A DNA stretch of 64,000 nucleotides, from the NCBI GenBank assembly GCA_017499595.2, contig CM039009.1, positions 2,480,001 to 2,544,000 of the forward strand, given 5' to 3'. Each line of letters begins with the position of its first letter. Position 1 is the first letter of the stretch. The position numbers and the translations under genes were made by a program. Below, piece by piece: positions 1-14,547 of this stretch. The DNA is from Psilocybe cubensis. Its lineage: Eukaryota. Under the pieces are notes generated by a model that searched no databases, was not told the origin of the DNA, and saw nothing but the letters and a program-made list of their open reading frames with translations.

Positions 1-701
1 CGCGCATGAATTCTCTCTCAGGGATGTGCGAACAATGATGCGTCGAATCGATCCGCAACGATTTAAGTAGCTGGCGTGCAGCCAGCCCTCGCTCGGTATA
101 GCTGAGCAAAGCAAACAGCGTGTGAGAGTTGTGATGAGGATGCATCCGATATGTACCACGGACGCACCGGTCTAACACCCAGTGCGCCATGCGTATGCTC
201 GCAGGCGGGTATTGCAGAACCTCCTTCCGCGTGTTATCGTGTGATCCCGCTCGCGACGACACCTCTAAGCCAGCCACAAGCCACAAGCCTGCATGCCCGC
301 GACTGACGTATAAACGATGTCGCTGACTGGTCACACCGCACTCCCAAGCCAGCTACGTGGCCTCCACCGTCCATTGCAGAGTTGAATGTAAGTAACGTCG
401 GCGCGAATGATGGTGTGTTGAATCAACTCGGGACAGCGTAAGGGCAGTTCGATATTGCAGATATCGGTGCGAATAGAGCAGCGACAGGCGATAAGTGAAC
501 ACGAAGGTGTACATGTGAGGTATGATGACGAGACTGTACGTCGTGTGCATCCGCGCGCGGGAGTTAATCAGCACCGCGGACGCACCTATCTCGCGCCCAG
601 CGCCCCATTGACACTGCGCGTACGCTCAAACGCGAGTTTTGACGTCTCAGTTTAGAATATCCGTCCGCATGTTTATGGTATGATACGATTAGCAGCCACC
701 A

Positions 702-739
702 GCACTCGCACTCGCACTCGCACTCGCACTCGCACTCGC
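702..739. repeat. (GCACTC)n microsatellite, ~6 copies
   Basis: Direct reading: gcactcgcactcgcactc... Confidence 0.9.
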
Positions 740-1014
740 CCGCCAGGGACGCGTAATGGACGTCGATGATTGGTCCCAACGCACTCCCAACATACAGTCC
801 CACCACGTCTGCCGTCGTCCATTGCAGGAATCTGGCAGGAGGTGGAATCGAAAGCGAATGCAGTATGGTAGAGATGGTGATGTGGCGACGACGCTGGACT
901 CTATTACTTTGACGAGGGCGATGATGTGTGGGTAGATGTTATATTGTAAGGGCTGACAGCCCATGTGTATATGCCAACCAGGAAATCTTTGTACGTTGAA
1001 ATGACAGTGAGACG

Positions 1015-1137
1015 GTGGATGAACTGAGGGCGTGGATGAACTGAGGGCGTGGATGAACTGAGGGGGTGGATGAACTGAGGGGGTAGACGAATTGAGCGGG
1101 GATGAATTGAGGGGGTGGATGAATTGAGGAGGTGTGG
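1015..1137. repeat. 17-bp minisatellite (GTGGATGAACTGAGGGC-like), ~7 degenerate copies
   Basis: Tandem gtggatgaactgagggc/gggg units visible directly. Confidence 0.85.
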
Positions 1138-2393
1138 GATATGTGAACAATTAAAAAAGCAAATTTAAGCACTTACGATGGATGTGATTCACATGCATTG
1201 ATACCACCCGCCCCAACTGAGCTTCTCGATTCCTCTGCACCTCATTGTAGCCAACCCGCATACAGTCTGTCTTTAAGTATATGCACAGTCCCATTTCCAT
1301 GAGCGCTCACCGAACCCAATTCCAATGCTTTTCCTTTCCCTTCCAATGCAGATGTTGTGCCAAACCGAACGTGAGATTAAGAGATAACTCTGAACTTGGA
1401 TTTGAGCCGAAACAACGCGAAGCGAGGTAGGAATGCGCACTTACTCTGAAGCATGTCCGCAGAAGCGCTCTCGCTTACCCACGGGGTCCCATTCCTATTC
1501 CATCACTCCAACCCACTTCAGTAGTGGGACCACGTATGGTTCAAAATGGGCAATCCCGATCAACGGTTGGATGAAGCGGGAGATACGGTGTGGGTGAGTC
1601 ATGTGTATGGGCAATTGTTGCCTGTATCCCGCATAGGATACCTCCCAGAGCTATCACAGTGGAGAAGATGTTATAATTGGGAACGCACATACTGAAAACG
1701 GGGAGGCTAACTGAAGGGGCCTTGAGGTCGAATCGGGAACCGTGGATCGAATGGGTTGTGATGACGTATGCGGAATATATGCAGGCTGGAGCAAATTGGG
1801 CGCGTTGAACACAGTAGCTGCATAGAAAATTATCTGCTCATGGGAAACGTAAACGATTTAGCGAATTGTGCTTTCTGGACTCGGTGGCAACTTCGAACAG
1901 AGTCGGGACTCGGGAAGCAGGACACGTGCTAACACTGGGGGGTTTGGCATATATAGTCGGGCCCGTCTTCGTCGATTTCATGTCCGATTCCATATGTAAA
2001 GTATTTAGTTATTTAATCACATGCGTATATCTAGCTTTCCCTTTGAAAAATATGCTGCTGTTGTGATTGTACAGTATTTTGTGCTTATTAATTGAGAAGA
2101 ATTCGAAGCCGAAAGAACAATTATATTTCATCATTCTTCACCGGCAGGTCGCAGACCACATGTCATGTACGTCTCATAAATAATAATTAATATGACTAAT
2201 CACGCTTTCAGATGTTCTCAAGCACGGTCACCCGATGTTGTGTAGATGGTGCACGACGCCCGCCCTGTGATCAGCAGCGGCGTCTGCAAAAAGAAAAGAA
2301 ATGTATTTGCGCAGTTTGTACTCTAAAAAATGTGTAACGACTGCGGGAGGTAATCTACTCCGGAAAAAGTCGTTCGGGGTGACCGGCGCACAT

Positions 2394-5300
2394 TCACTGG
2401 TCGGCGGCCTGATCACTCGCTTCCTCCGCGTGGCTGCTGAGACCCATTGAATCAAACTCCAGCATTAGCTTTGAAACATCGCTCAGTAGAGACAAACAGT
2501 GAAGCGGTAATAACAGCTTACCCTGTCCAATGGTAGTACGTGAAATAAACCTCTAAAGGGATCAGTGACAAGATTTGTCAATGCACAGTGTGATATAACT
2601 TGTGAGAGTTTAATCACTCGGGTCTGCGCCGTTTCCCTACAAAGATATCCTCCAAAGGTAAAGCTTTTGTAAGGGTCAAATATGGTTGTATCAATCGGAA
2701 CAAGTTCTCGCAGAATGAGAAAGTGGCCGTCGGCATATTGGTTCTCGGATATGGGATACCGATAGTGAAAAATGTGAGTCGTTATTCCGGCATACGAAGC
2801 AGCGTCCTGAGGATCGTCAGATCGGAATGTGATAGAACTATTTTTGAAGGTTGTTGCTCCTGAAACACCGTAGCAAACTCCTTTGCGAGATATTTCTTTC
2901 ACAAATGTTACGTCCCTTGGCATTGTATGAGTAGCTCTACCCAAAAGTTCGCAGAGCTGAGTATGATACGCTTGCCCTAATGGAGCGACATCAGACTTGC
3001 TTCGCTGGGTATATGTTGGCGAGTCAGGATCAAGGATTGTTGCCAAACGAAATCCTTGAATGTCCTCTTGGTCGATATTGTCCATGACATTTACAAGTTC
3101 AATGACTGATTTCCGCAAAGAAGTATTGTCAGAAAGCGCAGCCCGAATGTTTGCACTCCGGGCAGATGTGTAAAGTAGAGTAGATTCTAATTCGCCTAGA
3201 AAAGTGTTGATCAGCTTTGATGGTAGAATATGTGTAGAGGCCCTACGTACCAACTTTCATATTGGTATTTACACGATGGAAGAAATTAATATATCGCTCA
3301 TAATGAGGGCCGCTATGAGAGTGGTTTGGACCAAATAGTCCCAACATATCGCCTATATGAAGAGCGGCATGATGTGTTGGTTTCAATGCTTGGTCGGGAT
3401 AAAGGGACCTCAGCCTGGACACATAGCGAGTCATATAACGGTTGTATTCCTGGATTTGAAGTTCAGATGTAACACGCATATTTGCAATTCGAACGGCAGA
3501 GACGAGATCCATGAAATGTGAAAGCATTCTCCGTTTACGCTCAGTTCCATTCGCCCAGAGCCGAATAAGCGTAATAGGCAAGTGAATTGAGCAAATTACT
3601 CGCCAGTTGTCAGCGCTAAGTTTCCCCCGTCTGAATGTACCCCAGTCGGGAGGTGCGGGGGTAATCCATGTTGGAAGTTGAGTACGTGTCATCTCAGACC
3701 AAATTTCTTCCATGACATCGATTCCGAGTACAGGACGTGCAGAATCGTCTACAGTGGGGATATACATTTGCAGCTCTTGAGACGCCCCCGTATTTCGCTC
3801 TATCTGCATAGCAAGAGCGTGTTAATTTTACAGGTTAAACGAAACTGCATCAAATATATGCTTACTTCTCCAATTATCTTGTCAAATAAACGCCGCTTTG
3901 CGGTTTTCCTTCTTGTATCGACATCACTGGTGGATATGTGCACAAGATTACAGATGTACAGAAATGCAGCAACCGACCCTTGGCCATATGCCCAAGAATG
4001 AGATGCCTCAACATCTTCGCTAGCAAAGAGATGTCGTAAGATTCGAATGATAAGCGCACGATCAAGGCCACTATCCAAAGGAAGAATAGGAGTTTGTGAT
4101 ATAGCCAATTCATCGTTGGATGGGTCATCATCCAGAGAAACTAGGGAAGTGCTGACATCTACATAATTTGGACTGTTCCTCTGTATAAAAATATAACCGT
4201 AATGAGAATCCACATTGTCCAAAATACAATAGTTATGAGTACTCACCCAAGCCAATATGTTATTAACAAGTATCCATTTTGTCCCGATGATGCGCCGGTG
4301 ACCTTCTCCAATGATGTCATTTTCAACGCAGATCTGATACAGAACAGGGCGCGGATGCAAAAGAAGCTTTGTTATTAGGTCATCGTCGTTAGACCGGATG
4401 AGCTCCCGGCACTGTCGCAAATGCTGAAGGTGATCTTTGGATGTAAAATGTCGCTCATGAGGAAGTGAGGGTCCAATACCATCCCCACCCTGAGCGCCTG
4501 TGTTAATTTGAAAGACTGAGCGACAATGATTTTGGAATAAATTGAGGTCAAGCGCGTGCATAGGATCAATGACAGTAAAACAGATAACATCCCAATATGG
4601 AAGCGTATGAAGAGGCGACCACCATATGCCATATGATTCGAAAATAGTTTGCTGCTCCTTTTCACTGGCCGCATTCTTCCAAAGGTTAGCAACATGCTGA
4701 ATATGTTGCAAATCCTTGGACGGCCATTCTGCTCGATCTGTAATGTCTATATCGTCAAGATCAATTTCGCAAAAGGTGCAGAAATAATGAGATGTTGTAG
4801 CGCCCAGGCCAGCCATCTGGCGTGCAGCCAGCATGTCACAAATCAGAGAAATGAGCATAGCTTTGTAAAGTTGGCTGAATAGGCTACTCTCAGTCCGCGA
4901 AAATCGAACACCCTGGTACCAAAAATCCAAAAGATCTTCCATAACCAGTTCAACGTACGGATATATGTCTTCCTTCGATGGTTTATCTGGGCCGGGGATA
5001 ACACCTGCAACATACATGTTTTCGTGGAGATATCAAAGATGTGCCGGGAGGTTGAGTAAAACCATCCAAATACCAGTCGATGATATACTTTGTTTGGCGG
5101 TTTTATTGTGGAATGGGTTGAAGCTATCGACTGATAGGCTAAATAATAGCCTCCCCTCGCCATTATTACCGGGAATGAACTTGTTTCCAGAACCATCTTC
5201 TAGATTTTTAACAATACTTGCTGACCAAATGTCATTAACGGGTGAGGTGGGGGAGGTGCTGCTGAGATCCACATTCTGTTTGTCGATAAGTTCTTCCATC

Positions 5301-6446
5301 CCCTTTCTAGAGAGTAGACGTCCGACCCAATGCTTCAAATCCTGATGGACGTACTTCCGAATTGGGACTAGGTACGAGGTCCCACGGCTTGTAGTTTTTT
5401 CTTTCCAAAGAGGCATGTTACACTCATTGGACTCGGGGGTGCGGCGCTGCATACAAATTGAAATGAATGGATTACTGTCGTTGAGAGGACTATCACCGGG
5501 TTTGAATGGGTATAGTTTGTGGCAGGTTGGGCAAACAACAAATTGGCGTGTTTCAGGGTTCAAGCGTGCTCTATGTGCTCCTGACTGCGGATCCGCCGGT
5601 ATCTCTTCCACAACAGTCTCGGATGCATTGTTAGAGCGTAATAGAGATCGAGCGCCTGCCAATAAAGTTTGTAATGCTCGCCGCGGTACAAAAAACATAT
5701 TTTCCATGACGAGGGAAATATAGACAGCAACCCTCTGTCTTGGATTCAATGAAGGCAGAGGTGTGAAATATATATCTGCAATATAAGCCAGTATTATAAT
5801 CAGCACAATATAATTCTTTTTGAACAAGGGATTTCATACCTGTATTGACGTATGGACCATTTACGCGGCTATTTCCTCGCTGCTGAGACCACTGAACTTC
5901 TTTCATCCATACAAGTTCTCCCATTTTCTCCATAATACAATCCAATAAAGGTGTAATGTCATCAGAGTGCTGGATGAATGGATTTGTTGCCCAGTTGTAG
6001 ATTTCTCGAAGACGATGCGCAGCAAGTAAGTATGTTCTGTTGACAAGGCTGTTTTTCAACGAGTATAGCCCATGATTTGGAAGTAGAATTTCGTCGTCAT
6101 TGGGCCAAACAAATTGGCCATTGTCTTCTGGTTTGTTTACAAAGTCAAACGGACGCAGAGCATCAGACAGTGACTGGGACATTATGATATCTATTTCATC
6201 AAAGACCTCTTGAAACGGTGAGCCATCTGTGCTGCCGTCAGGAACATGTACTGGCTGTGGTGCGTGATTAGAAAGTGCTATCAGGAGTCTATCGTCTTTC
6301 ATGTGATTGTCGCGTGTAGGACGTGTCTGAAGTATACCATCTCCCTCATAGAGTCCAGTAGCGGCATTGAACGTTGTGCAGTGCGATTTGCATCTGCAGT
6401 TTACTATTACAGGCCGTGACCGGCCGCCACGTCCACGCCTTATCAT
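2394..6446 (-). pseudogene. CACTA/En-Spm Tnp2 (Transposase_21-like) transposase, spliced, one in-frame stop
   Basis: Motifs VVCPTC, LSVDSFNPF, VLLNLP..(R)Y..ENMYVAGVIPGP..P, LICDMLAAR, C..C, VIDPMH, GKLSADNW, KPTHH, YERY. Inferred introns 5776-5839, 4181-4246, 3804-3865, 3196-3250 and one near 2470-2521. TGA at 5033-5035 lies where the consensus has Arg (LPAHL*YLHENM). Confidence 0.88.
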
Positions 6447-6573
6447 GGTGAGAGGAAAAGGAATATGAAATAAAAGAAGTGACATTGAAGCGACAGTACA
6501 AAAGTAATGTATCAAGCATGTTCCTACTGCTATTGTTCCCGCTACTACGAGTTTGGAGTAATCTGTGTATTAG

Positions 6574-8210
6574 TCAGTCACTTGATCTTCTGGCAACACT
6601 AGATGGAGATGCAGAAGGCGCAGGAGTCAGCGATGCACGGCCTATATCTAATCGTTTCTTCTTATCCGCTTCTGCCAAATATTTCTTCTGATTAGAACTC
6701 CATGTCTCCTCCTTTATCCAACGTGGTCGTCCCTCCTTCCCAGGATAGACACTTAGGCAACGACTCGGGACCCTAGGGTGTGGGATTGGTTGTCCCGCAA
6801 ATGATCCGTAGTTAGATGAAATGTTTACCCAAACTCCTTGCTCATTAGGAGAAACACCGTCGACGTACATCCACACTTGTGCTTGCCTGAGTGACTGTGC
6901 GGCATGTGGGAACTAATTGAAGAGAAGGTCGCCAGATTGAGGCGGTTCTTCTAATGCTGCTACGGGTGGATTATCAAGAGGCCCTGTCGAGCATGATATG
7001 GTATAGGTAAAGTCGATTGGGCCGTCTATACCTTCCATCTCTGTGTGAAACACCTTGGCAGATAGCGCGGTAAAATATGCCGAAGTATTATTAGTGGATG
7101 TTGCAGTTGAGAGTGAGGTAGTAGCAGATGATAAGGAAGCACTTGAATTGGGTGCCAAAGAATGTGGAGGACTGACTTGACTCTGTGGAGTGGCATGACG
7201 GGCAACAGACTGGCGTGGTGTTCCCTCAGAAAAGGATGATGCTGCCAAGGATACAGACGCCGGAGAAACAGGCGGGAGCGGCAAGTTAGATGCGTGGGAA
7301 AGCATCCGGTCCAACGAAGAATGGGGAGGTGTAGACTGTTGATTTTGTGAAGTGGGGGAAAGAATTGGCGCGGTACGCAATCCTGAAGTGGCTGAAGATT
7401 CTCTGATATTCTGAGACACAGGACGTGCAGGCAAACTTCCCACTCCAACATCGATCCGTGACTGGATGGGAGGACTAGGAGTTGATCGAGAAGTAGGCGG
7501 ATTTAGTGGATACACGGCAATTGGGGCAGCAAGCGCAGCAGGTTCTCTAACTGATGTAGGACTGCGCTGTTGTGCTCTCGGGGTATTCGGTGCAGAAATA
7601 GATCCCGGGTCATTGTCAATAATAAATCTATGACTGGTGTTGTGAGCACTGACAGGGGTGTACAAAAGAGAGTTTCTATACAATAGATTTACATGATCAA
7701 TTGATTTTTTTGATATACATGAAATGAGAAAACTTACGGAGGATTCGTGTCTCTCTCTTCTCCAAATACAATGTAATGTAGACGGTTATAGACCTCGCCA
7801 ATGTCTTCATACCTGGTAGGTGGACCAAGGATATTGAGCTGGGAGAGCAACGCTCCATAGTCGTCTGTACTGCCAGTTATAATACTGACTACTTGATGAA
7901 CGTTCTGGGGGGAAACGGCAGACGAGTGAAAGTAGTAAGCAATCACCCGTCGAACTTCAGATGTCTTCTCCTCAATGCCGGCTCGATATGGCGCTGGCGT
8001 GAAGGGGAGTGACATTTCGCGGCGGCCACGATTGAAAGGCTCCTGGGGACCACTTTCCCGCCGTTCAACTGGATTAGCAACAGATCCAGAGTGATTGTGA
8101 CCGGTGCGCTGCCCCGAATGTCCACTAGAGCCTGAGATGCGTCTGAGCTCACAAGTAATTTCTTCAGTCCAATCCTGTTGTGACCGTTGCGCAATAACAT
8201 GGAAAGACAC
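6574..8210 (-). pseudogene. CACTA-internal gene 2: Ser/Pro-rich protein with a conserved-looking C-terminal domain (GDL..QVW..W..G..HP..L..PRWI..TW); in-frame TAG
   Basis: ORF 7734-8210 splices in frame (GTAAGT donor near 7737, TAG acceptor near 7676) to ORF 6913-7683, which continues through TAG at 6913-6915 into ORF 6574-6876. 5' end uncertain. Confidence 0.6.
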
Positions 8211-9605
8211 CTGGATTCCTTCACGGTCCGGACTGCGTTGACGCTCTGGTATATTGGATTCAGAGTGGTAGTGACTGTGCGCTGCAGAGACAGAGAACTC
8301 CCTCTGCTCATGAGAGTTATAGGGGGGCCTTGTATGCGCATACTTATAGTGAATAAAAGATCATATTTTAATCAATAACAACTGACCTTGTCATGTTTAG
8401 CTCCCCAAAATCGTGAGTAAGAAGCTATGATCAAGAGTGAGATAGCGTATTTGTGTTGATGAATATGGTATACGTACATCAATGTCCGGAAAATGTTCAA
8501 TCTGAACGAATAGTGGCTTATCATAGTTGGGAAGCCTTTGAGTGTTGAGCGGCGGGCTGGAGTCACTGTTTGGATCAAGGTCCTGGATTATGGATTGCAT
8601 GTCTAGGTGAACCAAGGTACAGAGAGGCAAAAAAATGTGTTGCTAATAACTGTATCGCAATGCGACAATTGATATCTTTGCTTCGAATGCCAAGATTCAG
8701 AAGAGTAACGAGTTAGCTCGGTGATATGGCCCGCATTGTCAGATATGATTTATAAGAATTCGGTGGAAGTATTTGAGTAAAACCACTTGATAAGTTACAT
8801 CTCATGACCTACAGTGCTGTTTTCCAACGCATAGAAGCACTGAACATTGGCCAATTGGGTGACATGTTGGCAATATGGTTACACCTTTGTATTCTACTGC
8901 TTCAAAATTGCTACAACTGCTGACTCTCTTTGCTACTTATTACTTTGTCAATGTCTGGTAACCTGGCTTGTGGCTTAATGCACTTCTAACCCTCTCTGTT
9001 ACACTCTACCTGGACTATAATGTTAATGCGGTCAACTATGGCCCGTGCGTACGTGTTACTCTTAGGTAATGCGTTCTAGACCAACCTAGAGTCTAGACCA
9101 CTTGTGCCATTCTTGAATCATGTGACTGACAGAAGCATGAATCAACAAAAAATGGTTGAGTGCGCATGTGCATTACCGTTGCCGCTGAAGAGGCTTCCTA
9201 TGCTAGTGGTAGCGCAGAAACAATACGCCTGCGTGTTTTGATCCCCTCATACGTTGGTGGCAGATTAACTATTTTGAGGTGTCAACATATATTGTGATCA
9301 GCATATGTGATTGGTGTCCAATTGTCTAAGTGGTATGTTTTGGGACTTCCAACACTTATTATTGTGCCAAAATTCAATTCAAGAAGTATTGAAATCAAAG
9401 ATATAGAATTGTAGAATCATTGTTGTCAAGTATATATACATTATCAAAACTTTTTCCCTCTTTTGGACCATTTTGAATGGCAGGGAACATACAAAAAAAA
9501 GATTTCGTATCAAGAATGTTGGGGCACTCCTACCCTCTTTCGGAACCTGTGCTAACACGGTAGGGAGGACGAGCCCTGATTAATTTGAGGATGGTGGCTA
9601 CAACA

Positions 9606-11494
9606 TTAGACTTGGAAATATCTATTGAAAAATGTAGTTAGTGCCACAGTATAATGAAGAAATATGTTTGACTCACGCAAAGAGTCGGTTGTCGTGATTG
9701 AAGTTGTAGTTCTCATCGGTCGGGCGAACATCAAACATATAAAATGGCCTAGCGGCAAGCCAGTTTGGGTTGTATGCCATGATGGGTAAGTCAGTGACAA
9801 AGCCCTTGCTGTCGCTGTCTTCTCCAGATGCAACGCGGAGGCGAGGAAATGAGCCGCGATGCTTACCATTGGATCTCCTAAAAAGAACCTGGAGCGAATC
9901 AATTGTCTGCAGCCAGTAGGAGAGGGCAGAGGCACGCCAGGCAGGGGGATGCACTTTGTATCTTGGAGCACCCCCTGTGGCAGTGCTTGCCGGGCCATCC
10001 TCAAAATCGCTCTTGTCTGAGCTCATCCCTGCAATACCGAGACGTTGTAGAATGGGTACATGCTCTTGTAGGAGGGGGTGCTCCTGGGCAATCCCAAGAC
10101 GCTTGTGGAAGAGCTAAAACATTGAATAAGTAAATGTAATAATGGAATATACATTAAATTTAATACATACATTTTGTTTTCTTTGCCAGCGGCGCTTAGC
10201 AGTGGTTTCGGCCTGTCGAGCAGCATTGTCCGCATTCTTCCTCCGAAAAGCTGCCTGAAGAGACTTCATCCTCTGGTAAAAATAATTCTGGACCAGAGGG
10301 AAATAGCTGTGACTATATGCCGATGTGGTAATGAAGTGCTTGGCAAAAACTTGTGAAGCTGATTGGTTCCAATCACTTCGGGGAGAACCAATGAGGTCGA
10401 CCTTAAAATTGTCAATGTCACAGCAAGATGGACGTGGCTCAGCTGTAGAAGACTTCCAGATAGATCCAAAAACATTGAGCTCGTCACAAGTCAAGACATT
10501 CTCGAAGCTCAGAAAATCATCACCGAGCAGTCGGCTGAGCTCTGCTCTGACTTGGCGCTATAGACAGAACAGTGAGACCGAGTATTCCGGATATTATACT
10601 AAAATACTTCTCACCATGAGAGCAGTTCGGTCTGCTGGGCGCCTATTTGGACCAAGTGGTCGAGTTGAGATAACTCCAAGACGAGAGGTTGGGGTAGTAG
10701 TAGGCCCCTGAGCCGACGCTGCTGCTGCTGCTGCTGCTGTGAGTGACTGGATTGCTGCTAAGACGGCAGTGATGTTAGCTTCTAAACGTGTGAGTCGAAC
10801 ATTGGTCGAGTCCGTTACAATCTACAATAAAAACATTAATATGACAAAAAAATTTCAACCATTCACTTACCATTTGAGCCTCGTCATCCAAGGCAATATA
10901 ATCTTCATCTTCCATCTCCTCTGCAGAGTCAGAACTGAGTTCATCATGCATCTAAGAATACAACCAAATTTCGTTTGCTAATCAGAGTATGTATAGTGTC
11001 AACAAGTAACAGACTTACCTCTTCATCTTGGGGACTGTTGTCAGACGTTTCATCACAAGCCTAACAAAGGTTGTTAGAAAAACTTAACAAATTTTGTGCA
11101 TAAGACAGTTTGGCTTACGACCATCATAGAACCTTTTACGTCGTTGTTGTGTGGAGCAGAAACAGGAGAAAAATTCTCCAGGGAACCAGTGTGAGTTCCA
11201 AAGGATGATTCGCTCCCCGTGTCAGTGCGATTCAAATCAAAACCGCGAATGAAAGACTCGGCGAACTGAGGAGAGAATGCGCTCTGCTGGGCCGTTTGGA
11301 AACTCTCGCTACTACAAACAGATGCAGTAACAGAGGCAGAGAGCGATGTTGGTGGACTGCTGTCAGAAAATCCTTTAACATAAGGTCAGTTATTTGATTC
11401 CAATGTGCTTTACACAGAACTACGCACCTTTGTAGCTTGCAGTTGCAGACATTGGGTGACTGCGACTGGTGGAGTAGAAGCTTCTGAATGACAT
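9606..11494 (-). CDS. CACTA-internal gene 3: multi-exon hypothetical protein with a GMSSDxSD...PAWR...L..WL..ID motif (Agaricomycete TE-associated family, possible TnpA-like accessory)
   Basis: ATG at 11494 followed by a GTGCGT donor; exons include ORFs 10114-10494 and 9673-10026; last exon YFQV* ends at 9606. Internal exon boundaries only partly resolved. Confidence 0.6.
10718..10738. repeat. (GCT)n microsatellite (Ala run in gene 3)
   Basis: gctgctgctgctgctgctgct. Confidence 0.8.
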
Positions 11495-12514
11495 CGCTCT
11501 TTGAGTTGGGAAGAGGAGCTGAGGAGTATTAGGCTGGAAAATGGACGCCTTTTATGTCTTTGGGATGCTTTGCTTACTTTGTAGAATATAATCAGCGTTC
11601 TTCCAACTCTGCCTCATGTTTTCCTATTTCTCAAAGTCATGGCCCAAGATGGAGATATAACATGAGGTTTTGACGAGTCAAGCAACACATTATAATTACC
11701 ACGTTCAGATAACTTATGGGATATGTAGAATTAATGTGCCCTATATTTGCCGCCCACTAGTACTGCACTCCACCAAGTACACATCACGGTTTTCAAAATA
11801 TCAATGCCTCTGTTAAACATAGAAAGTATTCACAAATTTTACTTTCCTTAAATCTTTCACTAGAGCCCTATCTAGTGTCGCAGTGGTGCATCATTGTCAC
11901 CACAAACCGTGTTCATCTGAACTAACAAAGTACCACGGTCATGTAAGTTTTCCCACAAGGGTTTGTGTGCGTGTTCAGGCCCAGAACAGTCATTAGGCTT
12001 CTAAACAGCCGAAGCAAGACCTTTTAGGGCTTATTATCTACGCAGTTCATGCGCGTTTTGATTTTTTGGACTTTGAGCGCAGACAGAAGGGCCGCAGCAA
12101 TGCAAATCAGGACCACACGCATTGTATTACCGTCATCCCAGCTTCTCACCTATGGACCAATATGCACACGAGGATTTAATGCCCGAGTTGATGCTTATTC
12201 ATGCCCGGGATATCCTTAGCCATTCTCATACAATTGTATCTACCCAAGAGTACCAAGCAGGTCTGAGATAGGCTTGTAAAGCTTCTTAAACCTGGTTCAA
12301 ATCCATGGCCGGTCTTAAGAGTACAATGTGAATATGTATCCTAGAGCATGTGCTAATGTACGGTCCGAGTCCGGCTCTAATTGCAATGACTGATAAGATA
12401 GGTGAGCCAACGTGCTGCAATATTCTCCTTATGATCAAATGCTAATTCAATTCCCAACTTCCCACTGAGATTTTAACCATAATGTTATCATCTACATGAT
12501 TGAAGGCGTCATAT

Positions 12515-14396
12515 CTAACTCCTATAGGCCCCTTCTGTCCAATTATCAATGGTGATTGGATTGAAACTTCCAATCATCTGACGGCCCGGGTCCGACTCAA
12601 TGAATCTGACGCTCAAAGGTTAGGACACATGTTGAGCAATTATACCGGAGTTCTAGCACTCACCTGGCTGGTCCCCGAATATACATTGGTTCAGCCGTCA
12701 CTAAAGCTTCTTCTTCAGCGCTCTGAGGAGAAGGACAATTCTAGCGCAGTATGGCATTAGACCCCATGACGAGAGAATAAAGAAATACTTATCATGCAGA
12801 AATTTTCTAGACACTCTGCCATTGTACTAGCGAAAGAGGCATGCCTGTGCAAGTTTCGGTTGAGGTTTACCAAGTTATACTTTGAATTTGCCCTCTCGTC
12901 CTAACAAAGTCAATGAGATTTGGGTGAAAAAATGTGGATGGAACTCACAAATCTCTTTACCCATTTTTCAATTATTCTAGAATTTACTCCTGGGCGATGG
13001 GGAATGCGAATATACTCATAATTATTGGAGAATATAAGCTCCTTCAAATTCGCAGTCCTGATGTTCTCAGGTGCATACAGACGTCTTGCCTTTGGAACTT
13101 GACCCTTCCACTGAGAAAGATTATTGTAGTAGTGGGGATGCTTGTGCTCCATCTCGCCGACAATCAGAAATGAAAGGCCTTGTGGATACTCCTGTAAGTC
13201 GATGTCATAAAGCTTTGTATAGATGTCATTATGTATCCAGTTAGACAAAAAGATTTGGACATACTTTCTGGTAAGCAATATTATGACGATTTAATTCGGG
13301 ATAGTGGACCTCAAATCCCCGTTCAGAATACTTCACAAAGCGAACTTCATAGGAAGGTGATCTTCGTGATATATCTATCAAGTTTGACTGACAGATCAAC
13401 GCCGCAAGCGCCCGAGGATTTACGTAGACACTTTGACCTAATAGCACAGTTAATAAAATAAATGTACCAATTTGTGTCAAGAAATTCGTACCATCAAACA
13501 AGCAACATGAGCAGTCGATGTCAAACCCAGCAAGAATCTCAGACGGTGACATATACAGTCGCATTATAATTTGGATTGGCCTTACAGGCCATGTTGCTAA
13601 GAAAAATATGGTGAGCATCTTTAAAAACACATCGGAAAAATTAGTAGTTGTCGCACTATAGATTGTAATGGTATTTGCCCTGCGCACGCAAATTGTATGA
13701 AAAGGGATTGTTTCTTGAATTGAATTGTATATATTCTCCATCTTCTGAAGGGCCTACGAGATAATGAGATGTCAGTAAGTGTATGCCGGAGGATGGTAAA
13801 GCGTAGTTGACCTCTTGGTGAGACAGTCCAAAAATGAATAAGTCAATATCGGAGTCCCAGTATGCAGGCAACTGGTACAAGTCGTTGAGCTCCATGTTTG
13901 AGCTAGACGCATTAACAGGAGGTGATAGACAACCCAACACAGATCCTCCAGCAACAACAATATTTTCCCAGCTTGGGAGCCTTGACAGAGCGCCATGAGA
14001 GAAGATATGAAAATTGTTCAGAAAGGCCTCAATACTAGGAACAATGGCACGGTTACCCCGGGGCCTGACAAGTCCAGACTGAAGAGGTAGGAGATGGGAT
14101 GCTGGAAATTCTTCGTAGCTATTGTCTGGAAAAGTCAAAATGTGCATATTCTCTGTGTCTGAGCGAGGGCGGGAACGTAAAACTGCGTCGGGAACCTGGA
14201 ATATATTAATCAAGCCCAGATAGGGATCTTCGGTAAGAAAGGGGTGATTCCTGTGCTGAGCAAACCAACGACGAATTTGCTGCTCATAATGAAGGCAGTT
14301 GGTGAGTGCAATATTGACTTCCTCCCTGCTAGCATCAAGAGGGAGTAGCAAGACTCGAGATAAAAATTCCTCAATGATTTCAGGAAATGTTGCCAT
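12515..14396 (-). CDS. CACTA-internal gene 4: stand-alone Pol-beta-superfamily nucleotidyltransferase-like protein, homologous to the N-terminal domain of fungal NTase-ankyrin proteins
   Basis: Spliced exons give NIVVAGGSVLGCL...SDIDLFIFGL, IQIIMRLY.SPSEILAGFDIDC, RRSPSYEVR..KY.ERGF, LHRH, CPSP..EE..YIRGP, DPGRQMIGSFNPI...WTEGAY, then a stop at 12515-12517. No ankyrin repeats follow. Confidence 0.72.
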
Positions 14397-14547
14397 AGGA
14401 AAACGTGTTAAAGCTGCCTTCCTGCGACAATTACTTATAACCAAATATATTCCCATAGAGAAAAAAAAACAATTTAACACATTGCATATGGACTCGGATG
14501 TTTATTATGTACAAGTCAATGAGTAATCTATGTATGGAGAAATACCA

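Noticed and set aside
689-1172. ORFs 689-1150 and 939-1172
   Set aside because: Products of microsatellite and minisatellite repeats; no domain signal.
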